DNA of 64,000 nucleotides from a plasmid: sequence record NZ_CP014527.1; one strand, 5' to 3'. Shown piece by piece: positions 7,901 to 19,600 of this stretch (position 1 is its first letter; each line of letters starts with the position of its first letter). The notes under the pieces were generated by a model. It saw only the letters and a program-made list of their open reading frames with translations, ran no database searches and was not told where the DNA came from. The position numbers and the translations under genes were made by a program.

Positions 7901-10614
7901 CGCAGCACGCCAATAGCAGCAAGATCACGCAGCAAACGTGCAACAAGTTGCCGGAACTTTGGCTTGATGGCTGTTGTCCGCAAAATATCGGCAACAGTAC
8001 GCTGTTGATCAGGACTTTCAAAGCAACCCAGTGCTTTCAGGGCCTGCCCTACATACACAGCATGCAGCACTTCGGCGTAGTGCTCATCTTGCTGCAATGT
8101 GGTAACATCAAGGTCGGCCCGAATGGCCTCTGCACGCGCAGCAGACAAAGCAGCAGACCACCCCGTACCATCCTCATCATGGACTGACAATGTGGCAAGA
8201 GGAGGCTCGGGCGACCAGAATAGCTGCTCTTGCAAGGCCCGTGGCGTTAACCAGACCTTTCCTTTCCCTTCTCCTGTTATAGCTGCCGGAGGAACGCCCA
8301 AGCCCGCCTGGAAAGCCATGCCAAGGGCTGCTCCCACACTCAGGTTGGCCGGCACATCCGGCAGACAGGACTCAAGCCATAGATTCTTGTCTGTTACCCG
8401 GCTTTCCACAATACCAACACTGACGATGGCACGCACTCCCGCCCCAGAGGACAGATCAGGAAGACGCAGGGGAACCTGCATGTTTGCAAGCAACGTCTCC
8501 TGCATACGGTCTGCGTTGGCACTGACCAAAGCCTCACCGACAATCAGCTGGAAAGGTATAACCTCCGGTAACACGTGAATGGATGGCAAGGCACTATCCA
8601 GTGATGTCGCCTGCTGTCTGGCCCACAAGGCGGCCAAAGACAGTGCCTCCTCGTGCGACAGGACGCCCGCGACAGCCGCAGCAGCCAGAGCCGATGGGCC
8701 ACATGCCACAATCTGGTCCGGCTTGAGCCCTGCCCCCAACCAGACTTCCGCCAAAGCAATATGCACAGCAATACCGGTTGCTAGAAGAGTGGCGGCGTCA
8801 GCCTGACCTGCTACAGATAGCAGGTTAAGCCCAGCATGTCCTGCAGAGATCAGGCTTGCCAGACGATCAAACGCCCGGCGGAATGTGGCATTGCTCTCAT
8901 AGAGGGAACGGCCATGGGACAGACATTGGGCAGGATCTCCCGCAAACAGGAGTATGACCTGCGCGATTGATTCTGGCTGTTGGTGAAGCAGGGTTATTCC
9001 GGGTACCGAATCTACTGCGGCAATGCGATCCAGATTCTCCGCCAGTCCTATGATATCTGGTGCCGACAGGGAAAGACGCCAAGGAAGAACAGGCCTTGCT
9101 GCCGCAGTGCGCAGCAGGGCTGGCAACCGGTTTTCCTGAAGATCGGACAAATCATCCGCCCAACGCGCCGCTGTGTGCCGCAAGGCATCGGCGCCAGTTG
9201 CCGACAGCACAAGAACAGGCACCCCTGTCGGACAAGGCCCCACGGAAGGCTCGGCAACCGGTTCTGGCGCCTCCTCCAGCACGATATGGCAGTTGGTCCC
9301 CCCGATCCCGAAAGAACTGACACCAGCACGCCGTGGGCAATCCCCCTGCTTCTCCCAAGGAGAAAGCGTGATGGGAACATGGAAAGGCGAAGCCGAAAAA
9401 TCGATATGGGGATTGGGTGCCTCATAGCCAGGCACAGGGGGAATTTGTCGATAATGCAAGGCCATGACGGCCTTCAGCAGCGAAGCTATTCCGGCTGCGG
9501 TATCGCAATGACCAAGGTTGGCCTTGACAGAACCAAGAGCACAAAAACCCCTTGCGTCCGTATCAGCACGGAACGCTGTCGTAAGGGCCTCAACCTCGAT
9601 CGGGTCACCCAAGGGTGTGGCCGTACCGTGTCCTTCCAGCAGGGTAATGCTGCCCGCATCCACCTCGGCCATGCCAAGGGCCTCGCGGATGACAGCAACC
9701 TGACCATCCACCGATGGCGCCGTATACCCTGTTTTTGCTGCGCCATCATTGTTGACGGCTGACCCCCGTATCACGGCCAGCACCGGATCTCCGTCAGCCA
9801 CCGCATCGTCCAGAAGCTTGAGCAAGACCACACCGGCACCATTGCCAATACTTGTTCCTTGGGCATTGGCGTCATAAGGCCGACACCGACCATCCGACGA
9901 GAAGATCATCCCCTCGTGGAACAGGTAGCCACTTTCCTGAGGGAAGGTCAGCGCCACCCCTCCGGCCAGAGCCATGGCACACTCGCCATTGCGGATCTGT
10001 TCGCAAGCTGTGTGGACGGCAACCAGGGAACTGGAGCAAGCTGTCTGCACGGTCACAGCCGGCCCGGTCAGTCCCAGTCGATAGGCAACACGCGAGGCTA
10101 GGTAATCCTTGTCGTTACCAATCAGGGCCTGCAAGGTCCGCGGAGCCCCGATACCAACCGTATCGGCACGGGTCCACAGACGATAGGTCCCCATACGTGC
10201 CGCACCAAAGACACCAATATTCATGCCCCGGGCCTGCCCGGCATAGCCGGCGCTGTCCAGGGCCTCCCAGGCCAAGGTCAGGAACAAGCGTTGTTGCGGA
10301 TCAATGCTTTCAGCTTCCTGCGGAGAGAAACCAAAGAAAGCTGCATCAAAGTGCGCGGCACGTGGCACAATCGATGCCATCGGCACAAAATTAGGATTCT
10401 GCCGTATGGACTCCGGAACGCCGGCCTGGTCCAGTTCCTCTTTGGTTAATATTCTGGACAACAAGCGCCCATCAGCCAGATTCCGCCAGTAGGCCACGGG
10501 GGTCGGAGAATCTTGGAAACGGCATGCAGCACCAATCACAGCAACAGGTTGACAGGAGCCATAGTCGCGGCCACGCAAGGTCTTTTCGGGGCAATCAGAA
10601 ACGGGACGGCTCAT
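4960..10614 (-). CDS. Type I PKS module KS-AT(degenerate)-cMT-KR-ACP, equivalent to the PKS half of HMWP1/Irp1
   Basis: KS domain (TACSSSLVAVHTACEQIRNGECAMALAGGV...GHGTATPLGDPIE), an AT-like region without GHSxG or HAFH, a C-methyltransferase (LSILEIGAGTGGTTWDV), a KR Rossmann fold (VLIGGISETGLTVAERL) and an ACP (LGLDSLMFLDL). 1884 aa. Confidence 0.9.
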   Translation of the reverse strand: MSRPVSDCPEKTLRGRDYGSCQPVAVIGAACRFQDSPTPVAYWRNLADGRLLSRILTKEELDQAGVPESIRQNPNFVPMASIVPRAAHFDAAFFGFSPQEAESIDPQQRLFLTLAWEALDSAGYAGQARGMNIGVFGAARMGTYRLWTRADTVGIGAPRTLQALIGNDKDYLASRVAYRLGLTGPAVTVQTACSSSLVAVHTACEQIRNGECAMALAGGVALTFPQESGYLFHEGMIFSSDGRCRPYDANAQGTSIGNGAGVVLLKLLDDAVADGDPVLAVIRGSAVNNDGAAKTGYTAPSVDGQVAVIREALGMAEVDAGSITLLEGHGTATPLGDPIEVEALTTAFRADTDARGFCALGSVKANLGHCDTAAGIASLLKAVMALHYRQIPPVPGYEAPNPHIDFSASPFHVPITLSPWEKQGDCPRRAGVSSFGIGGTNCHIVLEEAPEPVAEPSVGPCPTGVPVLVLSATGADALRHTAARWADDLSDLQENRLPALLRTAAARPVLPWRLSLSAPDIIGLAENLDRIAAVDSVPGITLLHQQPESIAQVILLFAGDPAQCLSHGRSLYESNATFRRAFDRLASLISAGHAGLNLLSVAGQADAATLLATGIAVHIALAEVWLGAGLKPDQIVACGPSALAAAAVAGVLSHEEALSLAALWARQQATSLDSALPSIHVLPEVIPFQLIVGEALVSANADRMQETLLANMQVPLRLPDLSSGAGVRAIVSVGIVESRVTDKNLWLESCLPDVPANLSVGAALGMAFQAGLGVPPAAITGEGKGKVWLTPRALQEQLFWSPEPPLATLSVHDEDGTGWSAALSAARAEAIRADLDVTTLQQDEHYAEVLHAVYVGQALKALGCFESPDQQRTVADILRTTAIKPKFRQLVARLLRDLAAIGVLRKEGKIYTGFTPLSPDQTIPALDALRQRGDERLAAVIKRGGTAFADMLSGRVDPVSVIFPDGSSDDVAAMYRHSAQSRLLNAIVAKAVAALAVKRTTPLSILEIGAGTGGTTWDVVHALPTDRVERYIFTDLGSLFLSRARTTFAAFPFMDYRPFDMEKDPHAQGIPAQSLDLVIAANVLHNASDLDALMKRLAGCLRPGGVVIMREITQHRKLFDFVFGPLVPNLDDIDSRDGNVFASVERWRAAALSAGFAVLDAVPEGSVLADALHEHVLLCRMPGQPAVLSHTPAIADSGETSRAVSAGDLIETLWDTAGQVGLPTLALEDISLDLHALPCPVQGHVSGKEIILLSRCGTSRVGYARVGTAGTIQIPEGGQPKDLSGRMADMICPGIVDGRIHIQRLQRRPGSVMRILDHGGHGVGLDTAGCPVLEWFGLHHDDRPRTEGYLYRLCPVPMQDLDHSGALPDLLLCVGSADGLSELDQAPVMVPCPISDDDPFAGLVASALDLRDRVVSARKENGAVAVTLLTRGALSVTSTDAVSGDSMQAALTGLLRVMATEYPSVTLTLVDRDPAGDDIALLNQALRSCRGGHFALREGRILAEKLEPVAAAIQPLQPVSGDVAVLIGGISETGLTVAERLGQRGYKDIVLVGRNKPGSGLAPALRALREGGINVTTAVADAGHPEVLSKALDRAVPEGQQIGVLLHLAGVLHDSPVAALTWDILEKVLHPKVRGALALCKLSGRLIPRQTVYFSSAATVLGPAGQAAHAMANAILERLASRQTALGQPTTAISWGFWGDIRKEDREALAQTMERSGMLGMSSAMALDLLESTLACPAPVYAAMAADWNKVANHAETSRVPAHLSALVSPHVTALVPDDTKPDVIASEKTDALIWLRQRLSTLLNLPLERFSEDENLIRLGLDSLMFLDLCHTIQIELGIKVTPEAVIDHPTVAGLAGHMERLLQVHKGETVEQTPVPDMEQVP

Positions 10615-13600
10615 TGGGCAGGCTCCATGGAAGAATGAACTTTGGCTTTCAGGTCACGGCGACGGGCACGCCGCAGGCCGGCGTCTCCCTGTGCGGCAGC
10701 AACAAGTATCCCGGAACGGGTGCTGCCTTTGCTTCCTTGGCTGGCAGAGCGAAGGGTCAGTAGATGAGCAGCAAGAGCGGAAAGCGTCGGGTGGCGGAAC
10801 AGGTCAACAACCCGGCACTCCAGACCCATGGTCTGGCGAATGGCCTGATGCAAACGCACCAAGGTCAGGGAGCCCAGACCAATTTCAAAGAATGTACGGT
10901 CACGGGGTGGAGCGGAAACCAGATTGCCAACAGATTGCACCAAAGCAGATAACTTTTTTTCCACATCCGCTCTATCCTTGTCTGCCGATTTGGATGCCAC
11001 CGCGTGATACTGTGGAACCCGCTCTACGGGGGTATGTTGGAAGCGATCGAAGTTGTTTTCCGGTACATATCCGCGGGACGGGCGCTGCCATGGGGCCGAA
11101 TCAGCCAGGGACACAAGGAAACGGCTGTATGCCTCAAAGGCTTCATCCAGAAGCCCTTCGGGGAACAGGCCCTGTACAGAGTCCCAGTTGAAGAACAACC
11201 CACCATCTTTTTCCAGAACCTGATGGTCCAGCCATGTCTGCGGCGTCTGGGTAATGCCAAATCCAAAGCGCCCGGGCAGATTATCCTCTCCAGTAGAAGA
11301 GCTGGCGCCGAGCCCGCTTGTAAACACCACCGGGAATGTCGGGGCCTGTTCTCGTCCGTGGTAGCGTGCAAAATCACGCAGCACACGAACCGCCGAGACC
11401 TGCATATGCCCGATATCGTCCCACAAACGTGCCTGCACAGCCCTTACCGTATCGACAAAAAGCTGCTGTGGATCGGGATCAATGGCCAACAGCACCAGCG
11501 ATGTGAAGTCACCGATCAAATGATCAACATCAGGGTGCAAAGGAAGACGATTGAATAACGTCAGATTCAGGGTCAGATCACGGCGGGAACTGAAGGCCCC
11601 CAAAATAAGGCCATAAGCCGAAAGCAGAACAGCATTGGGCGTGACCCCGGCTGCTGTGGCATGTGCACGCAGGGCAGCCCACTGTTCGGGGGACAAACGT
11701 CCCTCACGGCGTTCAAACGTCGGCTTTTCAATACAATCCGGATCCATGGCCAAGGGAAGGTCCGGCGCCGGTGGCAAATGCTCCATGCGCTGTAGCCACC
11801 ATGCGAGGGAACGGCGCCACCGGCCCGACCCCTGTATACCTTCAACAGCGCATAGATAGTCCCGGAATGACAGGCTAGGGACAGACAAGGGCGCTGTACG
11901 CGGATCATCCATGCGGGCCAGAAACAACCACATACGCAACAGCATCTGTATGCTGCGACCATCGCAAATAATATTATCAATTCCAAAAAAGATCCGGACT
12001 CGACTTTCTGCTGCCTGGATTACCCTAATATCAAACAGAGGCCATTGTTCTGTGGGCCGAACCTGATGTGACATATCCTGTCGCCAGGCCAGCGTGTGCT
12101 GCTCGCAGGCTGACGGGGACAGTGTTCGTCCATCGATTATGGACATCGCGTAATCAGGAACCGTTTCAAGAACCCGCTGTTGGCCATCATCATCGACCAC
12201 GGCACGCAGCATGTCATGACAATGTACCAAGCGGTTCCAAGCTACAGAGAGCTGAACGGGATCCACATCATCCACGTCGATCTCAAGGTACAACCAGGTT
12301 GAAATGCCGCTAATCTGGCGCCCAACCCAATAGGCTTCCTGGACGTCCGTCAAGGCAAACGGACGAAAACGATCCTGCGGCGCCGGGACCAATACTGGCA
12401 GGGCCTCTTCCTCGCAGGATTCAGCCGCATCGATCCGGGTGGCAAACGCGGCAAGAACTGGGGCATCAAAGACATCCCGCACCCGGATATCCTTGTCCAG
12501 CTCGCTACGGACCCGCTCGACTAGACGAACGGCGGTCAGGCTGTCTCCACCCAGATCGAAAAAGCTGTCTTCCCGCCCAAGCCCCTCAACACCGAGCACC
12601 TCGCGCCACAGGACAGCCAATTTCTGCTCGGTCGCGGTCACAAGCGAAGAGGAGCGACGACGCATACCGTTTCCAACCGGTTTGGGCAATGCCTGACGAT
12701 CCACCTTGCCGTTCGATGACAGGGGAACAGAATCAAGAAGAAGAAAGGCCGAGGGCATCATGTAAACCGGTACCCGTTCCGACAGGTAGTCCTGCAACAC
12801 ATTGACCGTGAACCCACGGGCGGACACCGGAGAGCATGCGGCAAGAACATGCACACCGGGATTCATATCTGCATGCGTTGACAAGGGGACAGCACGGACA
12901 ACCGGCCAGCCTGCTGCAGAAAACATACGTTCCCAACCTTGCGGATCCAGAAGGGGTTGCCCCACCTGTTGACGGTGATCTTCCAGATGACGATACCCTT
13001 CTTCCAGCAAGGCAACGGTAACACCTTGCAGCGGACTGCTCCGTGTTATCTCCGGCGCCAGTACAAGGCCACCAGGTACCAGAACGCGTGACAGGAAACC
13101 CAGCAATTGCGGAATGTTGCGACTGCGATGCAGGGCATTGCACGCAATGACCACATCAAATCCGTGCAGCGGGAACCCCTGAAAGACCGGATCCTGATCC
13201 GGATCAAGCAAGGAAAAATCGATCGCAGGACCATGAACTGTATCCAAGACCTGACGGGCACGATCTAGGAACAGCCGGGATGTATCAGTTACCGTATAGC
13301 GCAGAGTATTCCCTAGGCCCTCTAGGATTTCCCGGGTGGCAAGCCCACCCCGGGCCCCGATTTCCAAAACCCGGAGAGGTTGTTCTAATGTAGCCTGCCC
13401 GGCTCTATCGGCCAGCACAGCATGAACAGCGGCCAGTCCCCTCTCATACAGGGGGTCAAGGCGGGCCAGATATTCCGGAGACAACACATCATCGGCACCA
13501 TAGAACAGGGCCAAAGGATCTTCTTCGCCCCGGAGCACAGACAGCCTCATCCCCGATCCCTGTTTGAGGGATGCCAGAATACGAGCAGGGAAACCAACAT

Positions 13601-16600
13601 GGCGGGCTTCATTGGCCAGATCATCCCACGAACGGTTCTCCAGGCCAGAAGGCGCCAGAAGATTATCATCGTGACCAACAAGCTCGCCGGTCTCCAGCAA
13701 CACGGCAAGCCAGCCCGTGGCAACAGACGTGAAACGATCGTCGCAACGCAGAATGCGGAACACATCATCTCGCGCAAGACATGGAGCCGGCTCGACGAAC
13801 AATCCTGCCGCAAGCAAGGTATCACGCACGCATTGGCGCGCGACTTCGGTCATCAGGGTCCACAGGGCTTCATACGCGGCGGGCGTCTGGCCGGGAATCG
13901 GGCAACCTGCAACGACATGCAGGCCAGATACCACCTGCCCATGCTCTTCTCGTACGGCGTCGGGATCACGGGAAAGATCAGGCAGAAAACATGGGGCCGC
14001 ATCCATATGGGCAGGATCAATCGTAAACCATGCAACCAGACGCTTGATCTCACCATCTTGGCCCAGAGCATCAACAACAGCATCCCGGACAGCTGGATGA
14101 GACAGTAATGCCGCCTCAATCTCTCCTGCTTCAATACGATGGCCGGCAATCTTGACCTGATGGTCCTTGCGTCCCAGAAACTCGATCACCCCATCGGGCC
14201 AGTAGCGGGCCATATCACCGGTGCGATACAAGCGCATACCGTCATCAGGATGACAGGGAAAACTGGCGGCTGTTTTTTCCGGGTCGCCGGCATATTCCTT
14301 GGCCAGCCCGATCCCGGTAATATAGAGATCACCGGGCACCCAGTCCGGACGATCATTGAGGCCGGAATCCAGAATGCGATAGCCTTGGTTGGACAAAGGG
14401 TAACCATACGGGACAGAGCGCCAATGTGGCTCAACCCGATCAACCAGAAACCAGTTGGACCAAATGGATGCCTCTGTCGCCCCACCCATGCAGACCAGAC
14501 GCACATGCGGCGAAAAAGTGCGCAGCCGCTCGGGAAGTGACAGGGGAACCCAGTCCCCGGACAACATGACCACCTGCAGCCCCCCGACAGCAACAGGGTC
14601 TGCTTCGGTCAACAACATATCCAGCAATGCCGGGACAGAATTCCATACGGTTACGCCATGTTGACGACACAGGCGGGACCAACGCGCCGGATCACGCCGA
14701 TCATCTTCGTGCGGAAGAACCAGTGTTGCGCCGCATGCAAAAGTGCCGAAAATATCGTACACAGACAGGTCAAAAGACAGGGAAGACAGCCCGAAGATCC
14801 GGTCCTTGCACGTCACGCCAAAGCGATTATTGACATCAATAACGGTATTAAGAGGCCCCCGGTGATCGATTACAACACCTTTGGGAACGCCGGTCGATCC
14901 AGATGTGTAGATAATATATGCCGCATCTTCGGGATGAGTGGCAGCAGGCTCTGGCACCGTATCAGGGTAACGGAACAGGGCAGCCTCGGAAACATCAAGA
15001 ACATAGCGTTTTCTACCTTCGCCAAACCGTGCTGCAAGCTCTGCGTGGCGCCAAGACTGGACCAGGAGCACCGTAATATCCGCGCTGTCCAGAATACCGG
15101 AAACCCTGAGATCCGGCCACGCGGGATCAATTGGAACATAAGTATGACCAGCCGCCAGAACACCAAGAACAGCAGCAACCTGTTCCGGTCCCTTTTCCAT
15201 CAAGACAGCAACCCGCTGACCGTGGACAGATTGAGCAAGCGCCCCCCGAACAGCATGGGCAATCCGTGCGGACCATGCAGCCATTTGTCCATACGACCAA
15301 GTTGTATCATCTCCGCCAACAAGGGCGGTCTGGTCTGGATTCTCCCGTGCCTTCCGGAAGAACGGCTCATGCAGCAATCCTTCGGGTACTGATGCATGCG
15401 TGCTATTGACCACAGCCCGAACCCGGCGCTGTTCATGTGGCAAAAGAGGCCCAACAGGATGCGACCACGTTGCTCTGTCCTGTCCCAGACGCTCAAGAAG
15501 AGCACAATAAGCCTCAAACATGGCCCGGGGCATGCCTTCGGGGAACAAGGCCTCAACCATATCCCAGTTGATTACCAAGGAGCCGTCTGCCGCCTCGGAC
15601 ACCTGTTGGTCAATCCAGACTTGGGGTGTTTGGGTTACAGCACGAACCAGATCCCCCAAGACGGAATCAGCCCTGTTACTCTGCGATGGGGGAATTGTGC
15701 CCAGCTGGCTGGTAAACACAACCGGCATCAGCATTTTCCGTTGGTCACGGCTACGAGCCATATCCCGCAACACATCAACAGCAGAAAAGGCTCTGTGTTC
15801 CAAGGCCTCCATCATATCCGCAAACACCGTGCGTGCATTGTCGATAAAAGCAGCACGACCATGACGGTCTACACCCAGTAATACGACCGACGTGAAATCA
15901 CCGACAAGGCGTGGAACATCAGGGTGCCACAGGCGACGATCAAAAATTGTTAGGTTCAGTGTAAACCGGGAAGAGGCACTCCAGGCCGCAAGGACATCAG
16001 CAAAAGCAGACACAAGAAGGGCCGCCGGAGTTATGCCCGAAAGCGCCGCCTGATCCTTGATTACAGACCAGAGCCCGGCTTTTAGACGTGCACTATGACG
16101 TACAAAGACAGGGTTGGTTATTGTGGCAGGATCAACGGCCAACGGAAGGTCAGGCGCTGGAGGCAAAGCATCAAGGCGGTTCGTCCACCACGCGCGCGCT
16201 GTATCGCGTTCTGCAAGAAAATCCTGCCTGTACTGACGTGCCAGAACATAGTCACGGAATGACAGTGATAGGGGCAACAAACCAGCATGCTCTGGATTGG
16301 CACCATGCCGGCACAGGGCTTCCAGTTCATCCCAGACAATCTGGCTGGATGTTGCATCGATGATCAGCATGTCAATGCTCAAATGCAGGCGTGTTTTCCC
16401 ACCGGGCATCCGGGTTACCCGAACATCAAACAGAGGCCAACACTCTGTTAAGAGGACCTGATTTTCCATTTCATCACGCCAAGCCTGTACGTGGGCCTCG
16501 ACAGATGCCACATCGGCTCCGGACATATCAACAACCGGAACATGATACCGGGGCACATCAGGCAGAATATGCTGACGTCCATCGGCATCAATAACCAGCC

Positions 16601-19600
16601 GCAGCGCATCATGGCGCTGAATCAAGACATTCCAGGCATCTTCCAGACACTGGGGATCAAGTGTGATACTTTCGGTTTCCAGATAGGCATGGCACGCAAT
16701 ATTGCCCATCGCAAAAGCCTGACTACGGCCCGCCCAGTACGCATACTGCAGCTCGGTCAGAGGGAATGGCTGGTATCGGTTCGAAGCATCGGGAATCAGA
16801 TCAGCATCATGCTCGCGAGGCGTTTTTCTCTCCTGCGTCATCAATGCGCATAGATAACGACTGATAGCATCCGGTGTCGGTGTCTCGAAAACAGGGCGCA
16901 GGGCACAGGAAATGGCCAGAAGTTGGTTGACGGAGCGGACAAACTCCATGGCCAGAATGGAATCAAGGCCAATGGATAGCAGGTCCTGCCCCGGCAGTAG
17001 GCGCTGTGGCTCAATCCTCAGAATACGCGACAGCAGGTGCGTAACCAGATCCAGCATACCGGCTACATACTGCTCTGGCCTCATGCTGGCCAAGGCCGTT
17101 ACAAGATCCTGTTCGGATGCAGCGACAGGGGGCAGACGGTACGCCGGATCAGAACCTGTGCGGGCCGTTGCCACGTCACGCACATCAATGTGCTGCTCTT
17201 CTGTGGATACACCCTGATAAACACGCCTTGCAGGCATCCAGTACGAGCGACGCTCAAACGGATACAGGGGCAAATGCTCGGGCGGCAGAACGGGCCCCCG
17301 TGAAACCACAGACCAGTCAGGATTGACTCCGGCCTCATACAACTTGGCCAGAGTATCCAGAATGGTAACAGCATCACAGGTATCCCGGCGCAGGGATGAC
17401 AGGGATACCGGCATCTCGTCCAGCGCCATTGATACAAGGGTACGGCGGATCAAGGGAGTCAGAACAGCTGCCGGGCCAATTTCCAGAAGAACCGAACAGC
17501 CATGCGCAATCGCAGCCTGAACAGCGGGCACAAAGGAAACCGGGTTACGGGCATGATCACGCCAGTAAGCCCCACGGCCCATTCGTTCCGGATCAACATA
17601 TGAGCAGTCAACAGTGGACCACATGGGAATGCGCGGTTCTGATGCCTGCAATGCGGAGGCGGCCTGTTCAAGATGATCCAGAACGGGATCCATCAATGGA
17701 GTATGGAAGGCATGGGATACATCCAGCATCCGCACTGACAGGCCACGTTCTTTCAAGGGTTTCAAAAAAGACTGCAGGGCCTTGTCGTCTCCACCAATGA
17801 CAATATCTTCCGGCCCATTGATTGCCGCAATTGCCAAGGTCGGGCTGTCTTCCTGCAGCAGGAGATCCGTAGCTTCGTCCGGTTTCATACGCAGGGCCGC
17901 CATGGCCCCACCTGCCGGCAATGCCTGCATCAGACGTCCGCGCTCAACAACCAAACGTGCTGCCTGTTGCAAAGGCAGAATACCGGCGATCACAGCAGCC
18001 TGGAATTCACCGACGGAATGCCCGATAATGAAATCAGGTTGAACACCCAGATCAATCCACATCCGAGCCAAAGCGTATCCAACAGCAAACAGGGCCGGCT
18101 GATCATATTGAGTCTGTCCCAAGCGGGTGTCCGATTCTGCAAACAGCAGTTCTGTTACCGGGAACCCCAGACAAGGCTCCAGCACAGCAGAAACCTCGTC
18201 CAGAGCAGACCGGAACCGCGGCTCAAACGCATACAGGCCACGCGTCATACCCGGATACTGGGTTGATTGTCCGGAGAATACAAAACCAATGCGTGGCGCG
18301 GTCAGAGACCGGCGGAATTGGCCAGAAATACGCGACAACGCCTGAACCAACTCATCCCGGTTTCGCCCCACAACAGCCCGACGTATTGGCAGATGTGAAC
18401 GGCAACGGTGTGCTCCATTCAGAAGAGGTGCCAACGGAATCCCGGCGCTGGCCACGCGTTCTGCATACTGGTGTGACAGCACTTCCAAGGCATGGGGCGA
18501 CGATGCAGACAAGGCCAGCATCCAGGCTGGTCGATCCGGATCCGATGCAGATGTTGTTCCATCATGTTGGGCAGGGGCACTTTCAAGAACAGCACAGGCA
18601 ATCGCCCCGGTAAAACCAAAGGACGAAACAAGGGCACGTCGCGGTGCCTCTCCCGCCCGATCCGGCCACGGTTCTGGCTGAGCAGGAAGACGCGCGGGGA
18701 TGTCCTGTAGCGCAATCGCTGGATTGACGGTCTGAAGATTGCCATGCGGAGGCAAGATGCCACTCTCAAGTGCCAGAATCGTTTTGACAAGCCCGGCAAT
18801 GCCGGCTGCAGCCTCCAGATGCCCAATATTGGTCTTGACCGACCCCATCAGCAGAGGAGTCGAACGGTTGCCATCAGCACCAAAAATGCGGGACAGCGCA
18901 TTGAACTCGATTGGATCGCCCAGACGTGTCCCGGTTCCGTGCAACTCGACGTAATCAATGGCATCCGGCGACAGACCTGAACGTCGAAGAACCTGCCGGA
19001 TCATGGCCTCTTGGGCATGGCCATCCGGCACGGTCAATCCGGCGCGGGCACCATCCTGACGGACGACAGACTGGCGAATGACAGCCCGGACCCGGTTGCC
19101 ATCAGCAAGGGCATGCGACAGGGGCTTTAGGACAAGAACGGCACATCCCTCACCCCGGACATAACCATCGGCATCCTTGTCAAAGGTTTTGCAGCGTCCA
19201 TCAGGCGCCAACATACCAGCCTTGTGCAGAGACAGGTCAATTTCAGGCAGGATCTGGACCTTGACCCCGGCCGCCAGAGCAAGGGAGCATTCCCCTGCCC
19301 GTAACTCCTGACACGCCAAGTGCACAGCAACCATCGATGCAGAACAAGCCGTATCAAGACTCAGGGCTGGGCCCTCAAACCCTAGGACATAGGACAGCCG
19401 ACCGGCCGCCGCAGCAGTTGAGATACCGGGGGCATAATGAACATCAAAAGGATCAGCATCCCCGGACAGAAACGGCAGATGCGCATATTCACTCCCGCTG
19501 ATACCAACAAAGACCCCCGTATCACTGCCTCTCAAGGATCCGGGATCAAGACCCGCATCTTCCAAGGCATGCCAAGAAACTTCCAGCAGATGACGATGTT

